DNA of 64,000 nucleotides from Candidatus Eiseniibacteriota bacterium (GCA_963783375.1 CAWANH010000028.1:512001-576000), one strand, 5' to 3'. Shown: positions 11,424-22,427, counted from the first letter of the stretch. The notes: generated from the sequence alone by a model not told the origin. Made by a program: numbers and translations.

Positions 11424-12569
11424 CTACCTGTCGGTGATCGAGATCTCCAATCCCCGCTTCCCCAACTCCTCCAGGAACCGATCCGGATCGATGCACCGCT
11501 CCTGGGGGTGCGCCCCCTTGGCCTCGACTTCGCCGCGCGCGAGCATCATCAGCACCGTGGTGGCCGGGTACGCCGTGCACCGCATCATCGCGGTGAGCCC
11601 GTTCTCCGCATCTGGGTAGTCGATCATCTGGTAGACCCGGCGCGCCGCGCGCCCGCCCCGCTTCCCCGTCGCGGTCAGCCGCATCAGGATCACGTCGGGC
11701 TCGCCCCGGTCCAGGACCGGCTCCGCCACCTTCGCGAATACCGCCCGCGGCGCCACCCGGACCCCGTCCACCTCCACCGGCTCCCAGGACAGGAGCCCCA
11801 GCTCCTTCATGACCCGGATCACCCCCCCGTGGCCCGGATAGCGGATGGTCTTGTAGTTCAGCCGCCTGACGCGCCCGCGATAGGTCTCGGGAAGGGTCGA
11901 CGTCCCTCCCGAGGTCGCGAACGCCTCCATCCGCCCGAAGGGCGGCGGGAACTCCAGCTCCTCGAAGGAACCCGGGCACGGCACCGACCGGATCTCCCCG
12001 TCCTCGATCACCACCGCATCCTCGACGTACTCGTTGATGAGGCCCTGGATGTTGAAGACGAGCGAGTAGTCGAGGATCCCGCCCCGCTTCTGGGGGAGAC
12101 CGCCCACGCGGATCTCCAGCGACTCCGTCTCGTCGAACGAGGCCACGGCGTGGGCGGCCAGGACCGCCACCATCCCCGGGGCCAGGCCGCAGTCGGGGAC
12201 CACCGTCACCCCGGCCTCCCGGGCCGCTCCGTCGAGCGCCAGTTCCTCGGACACCACCGCGTTGTTCCCCCCCAGATCGCAGAACGAACACCCCGCCCCG
12301 ACCGCCGCCCGCGCGAGCCCCGCGTTGAAGCGATACGGCACCGCGCTCAGGGCGGCCCGGGCGCCGGCGAGCAGCCGGCCCGCCGCCTCGGGGTCCGCCG
12401 CGTCCAACGCCACCGGGCGGACCCGCGGATCCCCCCATCGCCGGGCCAGGGCCTCCGCCCGGGCCGGGTCGGCGTCGGCCACCGTGATCTCGGTCAGGTC
12501 CTTCTGTAGCACCAGGTCGTGACCGGCGGCCTGGGCCTGCAATCCCGCCCCCAAGAGCACCACGCGCAT
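11424..12569 (-). CDS. Saccharopine dehydrogenase-like oxidoreductase (lysine 6-dehydrogenase type)
   Basis: Rossmann VLLGAGLQA, DLGGN, PDCGLAPG, VGGLPQ, GLINEY, EAFATSGG, YKTIRYPGH, TAMMRCT. Confidence 0.88.
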   Translation of the reverse strand: MRVVLLGAGLQAQAAGHDLVLQKDLTEITVADADPARAEALARRWGDPRVRPVALDAADPEAAGRLLAGARAALSAVPYRFNAGLARAAVGAGCSFCDLGGNNAVVSEELALDGAAREAGVTVVPDCGLAPGMVAVLAAHAVASFDETESLEIRVGGLPQKRGGILDYSLVFNIQGLINEYVEDAVVIEDGEIRSVPCPGSFEELEFPPPFGRMEAFATSGGTSTLPETYRGRVRRLNYKTIRYPGHGGVIRVMKELGLLSWEPVEVDGVRVAPRAVFAKVAEPVLDRGEPDVILMRLTATGKRGGRAARRVYQMIDYPDAENGLTAMMRCTAYPATTVLMMLARGEVEAKGAHPQERCIDPDRFLEELGKRGLEISITDR

Positions 12570-12733
12570 CCATTCCTCCTTCAAGACCCCCGCGGCCGGC
12601 CGGTTCCCGATCGCGTTTTAGGGGTGGACATTCCCGGGGAACATTGCACCATACATGGAGGGTTCCGGTCTCCCCCCGCCTCGGACCCCCGGCACGAGGC
12701 GCCGGCCCCCCGGCCCCAACCAGGAGGGGTGCC

Positions 12734-14173
12734 ATGCTCGAACACAGGGTCCTCGACTTCTTCACCTCGGTCTGCCCCACCCGGCCCGGGGACACCCTTC
12801 TGGTGGCGGTTTCGGGAGGTCCCGACTCGGTGGCCCTCCTCCACCTCCTTCTCAGGGTCCGGGACACCCTCGGCCTGAACCTTCACGCCGCCCACTTGAA
12901 CCACCGGATCCGCGGCGAAGAGGCCCGGGAGGACGCCCGGTTCGTGGCCGAGCTGGCCGCGGCCCACGGCCTGACCCTCCACGGAAGAACGGTGGACGTC
13001 CCCGCCCTCCGGGAGAAGGAAGGCGGATCCCTGGAGGCCCTGGCCCGCCGCGAGCGCTACGGGTTCCTGGAGGAGGCGCGGGCGGTGGCCGGAGCCAAGT
13101 GGGTGGTGACCGGCCACACCGCCGACGATCAGGTGGAGACCTTTCTCCTGAACATGATCCGGGGAGCGGGCCCCCGAGGCCTCGGCGGCATGCTTCCGGT
13201 CGGACCCGGCTCCATGTGCCGGCCGCTCCTCACCAGCTGGCGGGCGGAGATCCTGGCCTTCCTCGATGAGGAGAACGCCGATTACCGCATGGATTCCTCC
13301 AACCGGGACGTCACCCTGACCCGGAATCGGGTCCGGGAGCACGTGGTACCCCTCTTGACCGAGGAGTTCGGGAAGGGCGTGACGTCGGTCCTGGCTCGTG
13401 AGTCCCAGCTCATGAACGAGGTGGACGATTTCCTGAGCCTGGAGGGGGCCCGGATCCTCCGGAGCGCCAACCTGGGCCGGGAGCCGGGGGAAGGCGGACC
13501 CGAGATCCGCCTGTCCATTCCGGAACTCAAGAAGTACCACAAGGTTCTGCAACGATCGGCGCTCCGGGCGGCGGTGGAGGACCTGGTCGGCGATCTCGAC
13601 GAGGTCACCCTGGCCCACGTGGACGCGGTCCTGGACCTGTGCGGCAGCGACCGGGGAACGGGGGGGGTCGACCTCGCCCGGGGGCTCACCGCCCGGCGGG
13701 AATACGACGCCCTCACCCTGGGGCCCGCGGGGGAGCCCGCGGAGTTCGCGGCTCCCCAGCCGTCTCCCCCCATCGACCTGAACCGGGACGGTGAGACCCG
13801 GTGGGGGGCGATCCATCTCAGCTGGGGGCTGGCCCCATCCGGGGGTCCGGACCTGGAATCCTGCGTGGGAGCGCCGGAAAAGAGCTGTTTCGACCGGGAA
13901 GGGCTGGTTCCGCCGGTCTATCTCCGGGCGGCCCGGACCGGGGACCGGATCGAGCCCCTGGGGATGGAGGGAAGCCAGAAGATCAGTGATCTCCTCATCA
14001 ATCGAAAGGTCCCGCGACGGCTCAGGACTCGGGTGGCCCTTCTGTGCGACAATGGGGGGGCGGAGGGCGGAGAACGGATTCTCTGGGTCACCGGCCACCG
14101 CCGGGCCGGCCACGCCCCGGTCCTTCCGGATACGTCTCAAGTCGTGATCTTTGAAGCCGAAACGATAATCTGA
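12734..14173 (+). CDS. tilS: tRNA(Ile)-lysidine synthetase
   Basis: PP-loop [46 protein letters not shown]-terminal RxGD..P.G and ILWV; adjacent to ftsH. Confidence 0.95.
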   Translation: MLEHRVLDFFTSVCPTRPGDTLLVAVSGGPDSVALLHLLLRVRDTLGLNLHAAHLNHRIRGEEAREDARFVAELAAAHGLTLHGRTVDVPALREKEGGSLEALARRERYGFLEEARAVAGAKWVVTGHTADDQVETFLLNMIRGAGPRGLGGMLPVGPGSMCRPLLTSWRAEILAFLDEENADYRMDSSNRDVTLTRNRVREHVVPLLTEEFGKGVTSVLARESQLMNEVDDFLSLEGARILRSANLGREPGEGGPEIRLSIPELKKYHKVLQRSALRAAVEDLVGDLDEVTLAHVDAVLDLCGSDRGTGGVDLARGLTARREYDALTLGPAGEPAEFAAPQPSPPIDLNRDGETRWGAIHLSWGLAPSGGPDLESCVGAPEKSCFDREGLVPPVYLRAARTGDRIEPLGMEGSQKISDLLINRKVPRRLRTRVALLCDNGGAEGGERILWVTGHRRAGHAPVLPDTSQVVIFEAETII

Positions 14174-14262
14174 CGGCGGGTATTCCGTCCGAACCGCCGG
14201 CCGTCGGGGCCCCGCGACGGCGCGGAAACCCCGATCCCTGTGTTCGAAAGGAAGATTTGCGG

Positions 14263-16359
14263 ATGTCCTCCAAGAAACCCGATTTCATCGACGCGGTCCA
14301 TCGGCGCCTCGGCGGGGGCGGCGACGACGAGGAGCCGCCCGGTCCGCGTCGCCGGGAACCCCCGGGAGGGCCCGGCGGGCGGAAGCCCCCCCCTCTCATG
14401 ACCCCAAGGCCGCTGAAGACCGTGGCCTTCTGGCTCATGATGCTCGTCCTGGTGCTCCTGGCGGTGAACTTCTACCACCTGAGCCGCCCCGAAGAGCGCC
14501 GGCTCACCTATTCCCGTCTCTCCGAGGAGATCGAGGCCGGAAACATCAAGGTCCTCAAGATCGCCGACAAGGAAGCCACCGGCGAGCTTCGTCAGCCGGT
14601 GATGGTAAGCACCGACGGTCGGAACGAGAGCGTGAAGAGCTTCACCACCGACCTCCCGATGCAGCCCAGCGACGACTTCATCGCCAAGATCCAGAACAAG
14701 AACCCGGACGCGGAGATCGACGGGGCCAAGGAGCGGACCAACTGGTTCCAGATCCTCCTCACCTGGTTCCCGATCCTCCTCATCGTCGGCTTCTGGCTCT
14801 TCTTCATCCGCCAGATGCAGTCCGGCGGGTCGGCGGCGCTCAAGTTCGGAAAGAGCAAGGCCAAGCTCCTGATCGAGAACAAGCCCAAGATCACCTTCAA
14901 GGACGTGGCCGGGGCGGACGAGGCCAAGGAGGAGCTCCAGGAGATCATCGAGTTCCTCAAGGACCCGAAGAAGTTCCAGGTCCTGGGCGGGCGCATCCCC
15001 AAGGGGGCGCTGCTCCTGGGTCCGCCCGGCACCGGGAAGACGCTCCTGGCCAAGGCGGCGGCCGGCGAGGCCGGTGTGCCCTTCTTCAGCATGTCCGGCT
15101 CGGATTTCGTGGAGATGTTCGTGGGGGTGGGCGCCTCGCGGGTGCGCGACCTCTTCGAGCAGGGGAAACGCCACGCCCCCTGCATCATGTTCATCGATGA
15201 GATCGACGCGGTGGGCCGCCACCGGGGCGCAGGCCTGGGGGGCGGTCACGACGAGCGTGAGCAGACCCTGAACCAGCTCCTGGTGGAGATGGACGGCTTC
15301 GAATCCAACGAGGGCGTGATCCTGGTGGCCGCCACCAACCGCCCGGACGTGCTCGACCCCGCGCTCCTGCGTCCCGGCCGCTTCGACCGGCAGATCGTGG
15401 TGGACGCTCCCGACGTCAAGGGCCGCGAGGAGATCCTCCGCATCCACACCCGGAAGATCCCGCTCTCCGACGACGTCGAGCTGAACGTGATCGCCCGGGG
15501 AACCCCGGGGATGGTGGGGGCGGACCTGGCCAACATGGTGAACGAGGCCGCGCTCCTGGCCGCCCGGCACAACCATCGCCGGGTCACCATGCGGGACTTC
15601 GAGGACGCCAAGGACAAGGTGATGATGGGGGCCGAGCGCAAGAGTCGCATCATCAACGAGGACGAGAAGAAGGTCACCGCCTACCACGAGGCGGGTCACA
15701 CCCTGGTCGGGAAGCTCACCCCCGGGGCGGACCCCATCCACAAGGTGACCATCGTCCCGCGCGGGCGGGCGCTGGGGGTGACCCATTTCCTCCCCCTCGA
15801 CGAGCGCCACACCTACACCCGTGAGTACTGCGAAGGGGTCCTGGCCCGGATGCTCGGCGGCCGGGGCGCCGAGGAGGTCATCTTCGGCGAGATCACCACC
15901 GGGGCCGGGAACGACATCGAGCAGGCCACCAACCTGGCCCGCAAGATGGTATGCGAGTGGGGCATGAGCGAGGATCTGGGCCCCCTCACCTACGGCAACA
16001 AGCAGGAGATGGTCTTCCTGGGGAAGGAACTCGGGCACGAGCGCAACTACTCCGAGGCCACCCAGCAGAAGATCGATCGGGAGATCCGCCGCCTGGTGGA
16101 GGAGAGCCACCAGCGGGCGCTGACGATCCTCCGGGAGAACGAGCCCAAGCTCCATGCCCTGGCCGTCGCCCTCCTGGAACGCGAGATCCTCGACGCCAAG
16201 GAGATCGACAAGCTGATCCGGGGAGAGGAGCTCGATCCCTTCCGGCCCGAGGAGGAGACGGCCGACAAGCCGGTCCTCCCTCCCACCCGGGAGGAGGAGC
16301 CCGATCGCCCGAAGGGCCGGATCCAGCCCTCACCGGACCCCCATCCGGGTCCGGCCTAG
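14263..16359 (+). CDS. ftsH: ATP-dependent zinc metalloprotease FtsH
   Basis: Two TM segments, Walker A GPPGTGKT, Walker [25 protein letters not shown]. Confidence 0.98.
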   Translation: MSSKKPDFIDAVHRRLGGGGDDEEPPGPRRREPPGGPGGRKPPPLMTPRPLKTVAFWLMMLVLVLLAVNFYHLSRPEERRLTYSRLSEEIEAGNIKVLKIADKEATGELRQPVMVSTDGRNESVKSFTTDLPMQPSDDFIAKIQNKNPDAEIDGAKERTNWFQILLTWFPILLIVGFWLFFIRQMQSGGSAALKFGKSKAKLLIENKPKITFKDVAGADEAKEELQEIIEFLKDPKKFQVLGGRIPKGALLLGPPGTGKTLLAKAAAGEAGVPFFSMSGSDFVEMFVGVGASRVRDLFEQGKRHAPCIMFIDEIDAVGRHRGAGLGGGHDEREQTLNQLLVEMDGFESNEGVILVAATNRPDVLDPALLRPGRFDRQIVVDAPDVKGREEILRIHTRKIPLSDDVELNVIARGTPGMVGADLANMVNEAALLAARHNHRRVTMRDFEDAKDKVMMGAERKSRIINEDEKKVTAYHEAGHTLVGKLTPGADPIHKVTIVPRGRALGVTHFLPLDERHTYTREYCEGVLARMLGGRGAEEVIFGEITTGAGNDIEQATNLARKMVCEWGMSEDLGPLTYGNKQEMVFLGKELGHERNYSEATQQKIDREIRRLVEESHQRALTILRENEPKLHALAVALLEREILDAKEIDKLIRGEELDPFRPEEETADKPVLPPTREEEPDRPKGRIQPSPDPHPGPA

Positions 16360-16369
16360 CGCTCCCGGC

Positions 16370-17232
16370 ATGACCGACTTCAAGGCTCCCTCCCCCCCGC
16401 CCTGGCGGCTTCGGGGAGGGAGCCTCGATTTTTCCCGGGCCCGCATCATGGGGATCGTCAACGTCACCCCCGACTCCTTCTCGGACGGGGGCCGCTTCCC
16501 GGACGCCGCCGCCGCCTGCCGCCATGCCGAGGCCCTGGTGCGCGAGGGAGCGGACCTCCTGGACGTGGGGGGGAGAGCACCCGGCCCGGCGCCGATCCCG
16601 TCCCCGAGGGTGAGGAGCTTCGCCGGGTGGCGCCGGTGGTGCGGGAAGCGGCGCGGTTGGGGGTCCCGGTCTCGGTGGATACCTCCAAGCCCGGGGTGGC
16701 GCGAGCGGCACTGGAGGCGGGAGCGGCGGTGGTGAACGACATCACCGCTCTCGGCGACCCGGCCATGGGGCCCCTGGTGGCCGAAACCGGGGCCGGGGTG
16801 GTCCTCATGCACATGCGGGGCACTCCCCGCACCATGCAGGACGATCCCCGCTACCCGGACCTGATGGTGGAGATCATCCGCTTCCTGGGGGATCGCCGGG
16901 ACCGGGCGGAGGCCGCCGGGGTGGGGCGCTCGGCCATCGTGCTGGACCCGGGGATCGGTTTCGGGAAGCGGGCCGAACACAACCTGGAAATCCTTCGCCG
17001 CCTGACCGAGGTCGCGGCCCTGGGCTCGCCGGTGCTGGTGGGGGCGTCCCGGAAGCGGTTCATCGGGATCCTGACCGGCGTCGAGGATCCGGCGGAGCGG
17101 CGGGACGGGAGCGTCGCCGCGGCGGTGGCGGCCCGCCTGGCCGGGGCCTCGATCCTTCGCGTCCACGACGTGGGGGCCACCCGCCGGGCCCTCCGGGTGG
17201 CTGACGCGGTCCTCGGCCTCGAGCGAACCTGA
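16370..17232 (+). CDS. folP: Dihydropteroate synthase (frameshift in G7 run at about 16567-16573)
   Basis: MGIVNVTPDSFSDGG in the first frame; SVDTSK, VNDIT, LMHM, DPGIGFGK, GASRK, LRVHDV in the second. Adding one G restores DVGGESTRPGA. Confidence 0.92.
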
Positions 17233-17392
17233 CCCCGGACCGGCATCGGCGGGGTTGCCCCCGATTTGCCCGGAAATTCGCGTTGTTTTCCAGTAACCGC
17301 TCGCATCGAACCCCGCTCAAATGAGAGAATGGGAAGCGAGGGCGTCCAACCTTCGCTTGTCGTCGCCTTCAACCGTTTGAGTAAGCGAGACC

Positions 17393-18205
17393 ATGCTGGA
17401 CTTTCTGGGAAATCACTGGCGAGACATCCTCGACGTCGCTCTCTTGTCCGGCCTGTTCTATTACCTTTTCCGCTTCATCCGGGGCACCCGCGCGGCACAG
17501 ATGTTCGTGGGGCTCCTCATCATCCTCCTCGTCTCCCTCGCCGCCAGCGTCCTCCAGCTCGAAGGGCTCAACTGGATCATCTCGAGCCTCAAGACGGTGT
17601 GGGTGCTGGCCTTCCTCATCCTCTTCCAGCCGGAGCTCAGGAAGGCGCTCACCTCCCTGGGCGGCGGAAAGCTCTTCCGGTCCTTCACCCGCACCCAGGA
17701 GACGTCGATCCTCGGCGAGCTGGTTCGCGCGGTGGAGGGGTTGTCCGAGAAGAGCCTGGGCGCCCTGATCGTGATCGAGCGGAACGTGGGCCTCAAGAAC
17801 ATCATGGAAACCGGCACCCTTCTGGAGGCCCGGGTCTCCGCCGAGCTCCTGATGACCATCTTCACCCCGCCTTCCCCCCTCCATGACGGCGCGGTGGTGA
17901 TCGCGGGAAGCCAGGTGACCGCGGCCGGATGCATCCTTCCCCTGAGCCTGAACCCCCGTCTTGCCTACGCCCTGGGGACCCGGCACCGGGCCGCGCTGGG
18001 GATCAGCGAGGAGAGCGACGCCATCGTGGTGGTGGTGAGCGAGGAGACCGCCCACGTGTCCATCGCCGAGGGAGGCCGGCTCATTCCCAACCTCGACGCC
18101 GGAGCCCTCAGGAGCACCCTGGCCACCCTCTTCAACACCCGCCCCCAGGCCGAGACCGAAACCGAAACCACCCCCGCCCAGGAGGAAGCCCCGGCCCGGC
18201 CCTGA
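17393..18205 (+). CDS. cdaA: Diadenylate cyclase CdaA/DacA (c-di-AMP synthase)
   Basis: Three N-terminal TM helices, FQPELR, GALIVIER, catalytic LHDGA and GTRHRAA, VVSEET. Confidence 0.93.
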   Translation: MLDFLGNHWRDILDVALLSGLFYYLFRFIRGTRAAQMFVGLLIILLVSLAASVLQLEGLNWIISSLKTVWVLAFLILFQPELRKALTSLGGGKLFRSFTRTQETSILGELVRAVEGLSEKSLGALIVIERNVGLKNIMETGTLLEARVSAELLMTIFTPPSPLHDGAVVIAGSQVTAAGCILPLSLNPRLAYALGTRHRAALGISEESDAIVVVVSEETAHVSIAEGGRLIPNLDAGALRSTLATLFNTRPQAETETETTPAQEEAPARP

Positions 18206-18614
18206 CCCCCGTTCCCGCGCGCCCAACCCGCTGATGCTCCGCACCATGACAGGATTTCGCACCCGCGAAAACCCGACCGTATCCGTCGGTGATCCTCCTC
18301 CGGCAATCCGTTTCGGATCTTTTTCTGCCGGGAACCATCCAAAGAATGTATGGCGCGCGGCGATCCGGCGGCAGTATGATCCCGGCCGCTCAAACTGCCG
18401 GGACAACGCCCCCATGCGGGGGCGTTCCCATGTGGGCTCGTTCTAACCCAGGGTTCCGCGGCTTGCCGCACCGGCGAACCCCCGATCGAGCGGGCACGGG
18501 AGCGTGTACCAAGGTGAAGCGTCCGCCCGAGCGAAGGCGGCCTCCACCGGGGCCCGGACGGGCCCTTCGCGGCAGCCGGCATTCGCCGGCTAAGAAGTGA
18601 AGGCAGTGACAACC

Positions 18615-19214
18615 ATGAAGACGAAGCTCTTCGTCTCGTTTCTCGTGTTGACGACGGCGGCCATGGGCTGCGCCAAGGCCCCCAGCGACCAGGTGGCCGC
18701 GACGGAAAGCGCCATTTCCACCGCCACCTCGGCCGACGCCGAGACCTACGCCCCCGAGGCGATGGCGGCGGCCCGGGACTCCCTCGCCGCGGCCAAGGCG
18801 GTGATCGATGCCCAGGGCAAGTCCTTCGCGCCCTTCCGCAAGTACGGAAAGGCCGAGGCCCTGCTGGCCCAGGCCCAGGAAGCGGCCCGGGAGGCCGAGA
18901 CCGAAGCCCAGGCCAAGAAGGCCGAGGTGAAAACCCAGGTCGAGGGTCTCCTGGCCGAGGCCACCGCGGGCATCGACTCCGCGGCCCAGATGCTCTCCTA
19001 CGCTCCCGCGGGGAAGGACAACCGCGCGGACCTGGAGATGATGAAGGCCGATCTCGACGCCATGCGGACCTCGCTAACCGACGCGCAGGCGCTCTTTGAC
19101 GGCGGCAACTACATGGAAGCCCAGACCAAGGCCCAGGTCCTGGTGGATCAGCTCCAGAAGATGAACTCCGAGCTCTCCGCCGCGACCGCGAACAGGAAGG
19201 CCAAGAAGTCCTAG
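18615..19214 (+). CDS. Alpha-helical lipoprotein (DUF4398-like), Lys-rich C-terminus
   Basis: Lipobox AMGC; Ala/Glu/Lys-rich helical sequence with A..YAPE motif; ends ANRKAKKS. Confidence 0.75.
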   Translation: MKTKLFVSFLVLTTAAMGCAKAPSDQVAATESAISTATSADAETYAPEAMAAARDSLAAAKAVIDAQGKSFAPFRKYGKAEALLAQAQEAAREAETEAQAKKAEVKTQVEGLLAEATAGIDSAAQMLSYAPAGKDNRADLEMMKADLDAMRTSLTDAQALFDGGNYMEAQTKAQVLVDQLQKMNSELSAATANRKAKKS

Positions 19215-19305
19215 CAAGCAGGCCGCAATCGTAGATCGGGAAGCCGGGTCCGCATGGACCCGGCTCTCTCGTATTCGCACCCCGCCTCGGGTACGATGGG
19301 GTTCC

Positions 19306-20448
19306 ATGAAACGCCACCGCCTTCGAGCTTCTCTATTCGCCGCCGCCGCCCTGGTCCTCACGGTGGCCGGCGGACTCTTCTTGATGGTGGCCACCGGCTA
19401 CGGTCGACTGGGCGACGAGAGCTTCCGCGCCGCCCGCACCGCGATCTCCGAGGCCTCGTTGGCCCGGGGGGACGAGTACGCGTCCGCCCCCATGGACTCC
19501 GCCCGCGTCTGGCTGGCCCGGGCCGAGGCCATGAACGTGGACATCCCCCGCACCTGGTACGGCCGGCCCCGCGCCGACCTGGTCCACGCCGCGCTCTCCC
19601 AGGTGCCCCGGTGGACGGCGGCGGCCCTGGCCCAGGCCGAGAGCGCGCGAGCGGTACGGATGACCGCCGCCCGGGCGCGGCTGGCCTCGGCCGAGGCGGA
19701 TCTGGCGACCATGAAGGTCCGCGCGGGTCGCGCCTCCGGAAAGCGAACCAACCGGACCCTGGCCACCCGGGCCGAACTGGAGGTGGCCGAAGCCCGGCGG
19801 TGGCTGGAGCGGGGGGAGCCGGCCCGGGCCGAAACCGCCCTCTCCCGGCTGGAGTCCCGCTCCTCCCGGTTGGGTGAGCGGCTGGACGAGGACTCCCGGC
19901 GGTTCGACTCGGCCGACTCCCAGGCCCGTTGGCGCACCTGGGTGGCCGAGGGAACCCGGCTCAGCCGGAGCGGGACCAAGGTTCTGGTGGTGGAGAAGGA
20001 GTCGCGGAGCGCGTTCCTGATCCGGGGCGGAAAGGTGTCCCGGGTCTATTCGGTCGACCTCGGGGTGGAGGGCACGCGGCCCAAGACCCGGCAGGGGGAC
20101 CTGGCCACCCCGGAAGGCCTCTACACGATCACCCGGAAGAAATCGGGGGGGGAGACGCGGTACCACAAGGCGCTTCTCCTCAACTACCCCAACGCCGAGG
20201 ACCGGGCCCGGTTCCAGCGGCGGAAGCGGGACGGGGAGATCGCCCCGGGGACGAAGCTCGGGGGGTCGATCGAGATCCACGGCGACGGAGGTCGCCGGAC
20301 GGATTGGACGCTGGGGTGCGTCGCTCTGGCGAACCCGGACATGGATGCGCTCTACGGCGCGCTTTCGGTGGGGGATCGGGTGGTCATCGTGGGCCGGGTG
20401 CCGGAGGGGCTACTGGATTCCGCGGCGCTGAGGGAGGCCAGGCGATGA
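19306..20448 (+). CDS. L,D-transpeptidase (YkuD family) with N-terminal anchor and helical domain
   Basis: K..QGD..TPEG.Y, LNYPN..D, IEIHG..DWTLGCVAL.N catalytic motif. Confidence 0.88.
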   Translation: MKRHRLRASLFAAAALVLTVAGGLFLMVATGYGRLGDESFRAARTAISEASLARGDEYASAPMDSARVWLARAEAMNVDIPRTWYGRPRADLVHAALSQVPRWTAAALAQAESARAVRMTAARARLASAEADLATMKVRAGRASGKRTNRTLATRAELEVAEARRWLERGEPARAETALSRLESRSSRLGERLDEDSRRFDSADSQARWRTWVAEGTRLSRSGTKVLVVEKESRSAFLIRGGKVSRVYSVDLGVEGTRPKTRQGDLATPEGLYTITRKKSGGETRYHKALLLNYPNAEDRARFQRRKRDGEIAPGTKLGGSIEIHGDGGRRTDWTLGCVALANPDMDALYGALSVGDRVVIVGRVPEGLLDSAALREARR

Positions 20449-21098
20449 AACGGGGGTGGGGACGGCGCGCGGCCCGGGTGTTCGGGCTCGCCGGGCTGCT
20501 CGCGGCCTCGGCGGGGGTGACGGGGTGCGGGCGGAGCGAGGCCAGGGTGGACGTGGAGGCGCTCCGGACCGAGGACATCGCCCTCGCCAAGGAAGTGAAC
20601 CGGATGCGCGCGGCGCGGGAGAGGGTGCTCGCGGAGATCGACCGGCTGGAGCCCGCGGGAAACTACATCGTGGTCGACACCTACCGGAACCGGGTCCGGC
20701 TCATGAAGGGGAGCCGGGTGGTGCTGGAGGACGTGTGTTCCACCGGCACCAACGCCTCCCTCGCCGACACCGCTTCGGGCCGGGAGTGGACCTTCCGAAC
20801 CCCGCGGGGCCGGCGCGCGGTCCGGGGATCCGCGCTCGAGGATCCGGTGTGGATGCGGCCGGACTGGGCGTTCATCGAGGAGGGCGAGGCTCCGCCCGAC
20901 AACCCGCGCGACCGGGCCGAGGGCGGCGTCCTCGGGAAGTACGCCATTCCCATCGGGGACGGTTACTTCATCCACGGCACGCTCTACACCCGGCTCCTGG
21001 GGTACCCCGCCACTCACGGCTGCGTGCGGCTCGGGGACAAGACCCTGGCCCGGATCGTGAAAGTGGCCAAGCCGGGCACTCCGGTCATCATCTACTAG
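20445..21098 (+). CDS. L,D-transpeptidase (YkuD family) lipoprotein
   Basis: Lipobox VTGC; CSTG, TPRG, P.W.RPDW, YFIHGT..ATHGCVRL; ATGA overlap with the upstream gene. Confidence 0.88.
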   Translation: MKRGWGRRAARVFGLAGLLAASAGVTGCGRSEARVDVEALRTEDIALAKEVNRMRAARERVLAEIDRLEPAGNYIVVDTYRNRVRLMKGSRVVLEDVCSTGTNASLADTASGREWTFRTPRGRRAVRGSALEDPVWMRPDWAFIEEGEAPPDNPRDRAEGGVLGKYAIPIGDGYFIHGTLYTRLLGYPATHGCVRLGDKTLARIVKVAKPGTPVIIY

Positions 21099-21111
21099 GC
21101 GGGGGACGACC

Positions 21112-21863
21112 GTGCACCACGTGATCTCCTGCCCGGCGCGCGCTCTTCTGGCGCTGGCGGTTTTCCTTTCGATGCTCGGCGGCGCGGGCTGTCGCGGGTC
21201 GGACCGGCGCGACGCCGGCCGGGAGGCGGCGCGGGAAGCCGAGCACCTCCAGGCCAGGCGCGACTCCCTCACCGTCCTCCGCGACCAGGAGCGCTACGAC
21301 CTCGCCTTTGCACGGGGCGAGCTCACCGCGGCGCGGGGACGGCTTCCCTACCTGGTCCTGGACCTTCAACAGGGGAAGGTGCTCCTCGAGGTGGCAGGCA
21401 CGGTCTACGACACCCTGGCGGTCTCGAAGTTCGAGCTGGGAGAGGGGGCCGCGGATTCCCTGGCCGCCCATCCCCTGCACCACCTGATCGCGGCCCAGAT
21501 CCTGGCCGCGCACCCGGCCGAACTGGAGGCCGACACCACGGTGGACAAGGCGGCCGCGGTCCTGGCCCGGATCATCCCCCCCGCCCGAGGCCGCTCCGCC
21601 TGGCCCTCCACACCGACGGTCTGACCGTCCGGGCCACCGCCTCCGACGTGAAGAGCCCCTGGGACGATTTGAAGCTCTTCGTACAGCGGACCTGGGGGAA
21701 GACGCCGGAGGAGAACCCGTCGTCCCCCCCCGTGCGGCTGGATCTGGAGGTGGAGGGGAGCGAGCTCGGCCGGCTGGAACACTTCCTCGAGGGGGGGATG
21801 CCGGTCCTCGTCCACCTTCCCGCCGAGGACCACGCGAGGATGGTGCGCAGATCGGAGGAATGA
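21112..21863 (+). CDS. Hypothetical lipoprotein (frameshift in C7 run at about 21576-21582), possibly a degenerate LDT-like fold
   Basis: Lipobox GAGC; YLVLDL..GKVLLE resembles the first YkuD strands. Adding one C joins ORF 21112 to ORF 21648-21863 via PRPRPLRLALHTDG. Confidence 0.55.
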
Positions 21864-21866
21864 CGC

Positions 21867-22376
21867 GTGCAGAACATCGAGATCAAGGCGCCGGTCCGCG
21901 ACGTCGCCGAGCTCACCGCGCGGATCGAGAGGCTCGGCGCGTCCCGGGAATGGGCCCGCGGCCAGCGGGACGTCTTCTTCCGCGTGGCCGAGGGCTACCT
22001 GAAGCTCCGGACGGTGGCAGGTGAACCGGGAGAGCTGATCGCCTACGTCCGCGCTTCGGGGAGCGAGCCTCGCCCCTCGGACTACGACATCGCGCCGGTG
22101 GACGACCCGGCGAAGCTGGAGCGGGTGCTCACCCGGAGCCTCGGCGTTCGCGGCGTGGTGAAGAAGACGCGGACGCTCCATCTCTGGCGCCACACCCGCA
22201 TCCACCTGGACCGGGTGGATGGGCTGGGCGACTTCATGGAGCTCGAAACCGTGGTCCAGGGGATCACCCCGGAGGAGGCCCGGGCGGAGACCCACACGGT
22301 CATCGGGGCCCTCGCCCTGGATCCGGACGACTTCCTCGACCGGCCGTACCTGGAGCTCCTGGAGGCGGCGGGGTAG
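21867..22376 (+). CDS. CYTH-domain protein (class IV adenylate cyclase-like)
   Basis: NIEIKA, Q.DVFF, LKLR, V.K.R, RIHLD.V.GLG.FMELE, PYLELL. Confidence 0.88.
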   Translation: MQNIEIKAPVRDVAELTARIERLGASREWARGQRDVFFRVAEGYLKLRTVAGEPGELIAYVRASGSEPRPSDYDIAPVDDPAKLERVLTRSLGVRGVVKKTRTLHLWRHTRIHLDRVDGLGDFMELETVVQGITPEEARAETHTVIGALALDPDDFLDRPYLELLEAAG

Positions 22377-22427
22377 CGACCGGCCGGGAGCATGACCCGG
22401 CCTGGAGGCGAGAGCGAAGCGCCCGGG

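Noticed and set aside
16370-17232. folP pseudogene
   Set aside because: A single homopolymer indel with all motifs intact; more likely sequencing error.
18430-18505. ykkC/guanidine-I or ydaO riboswitch (AGGGTTCCG motif)
   Set aside because: The 3' ACAAAAGCCCGGGAG element of ykkC and the ydaO conserved blocks are missing; kept only as a generic structured leader.
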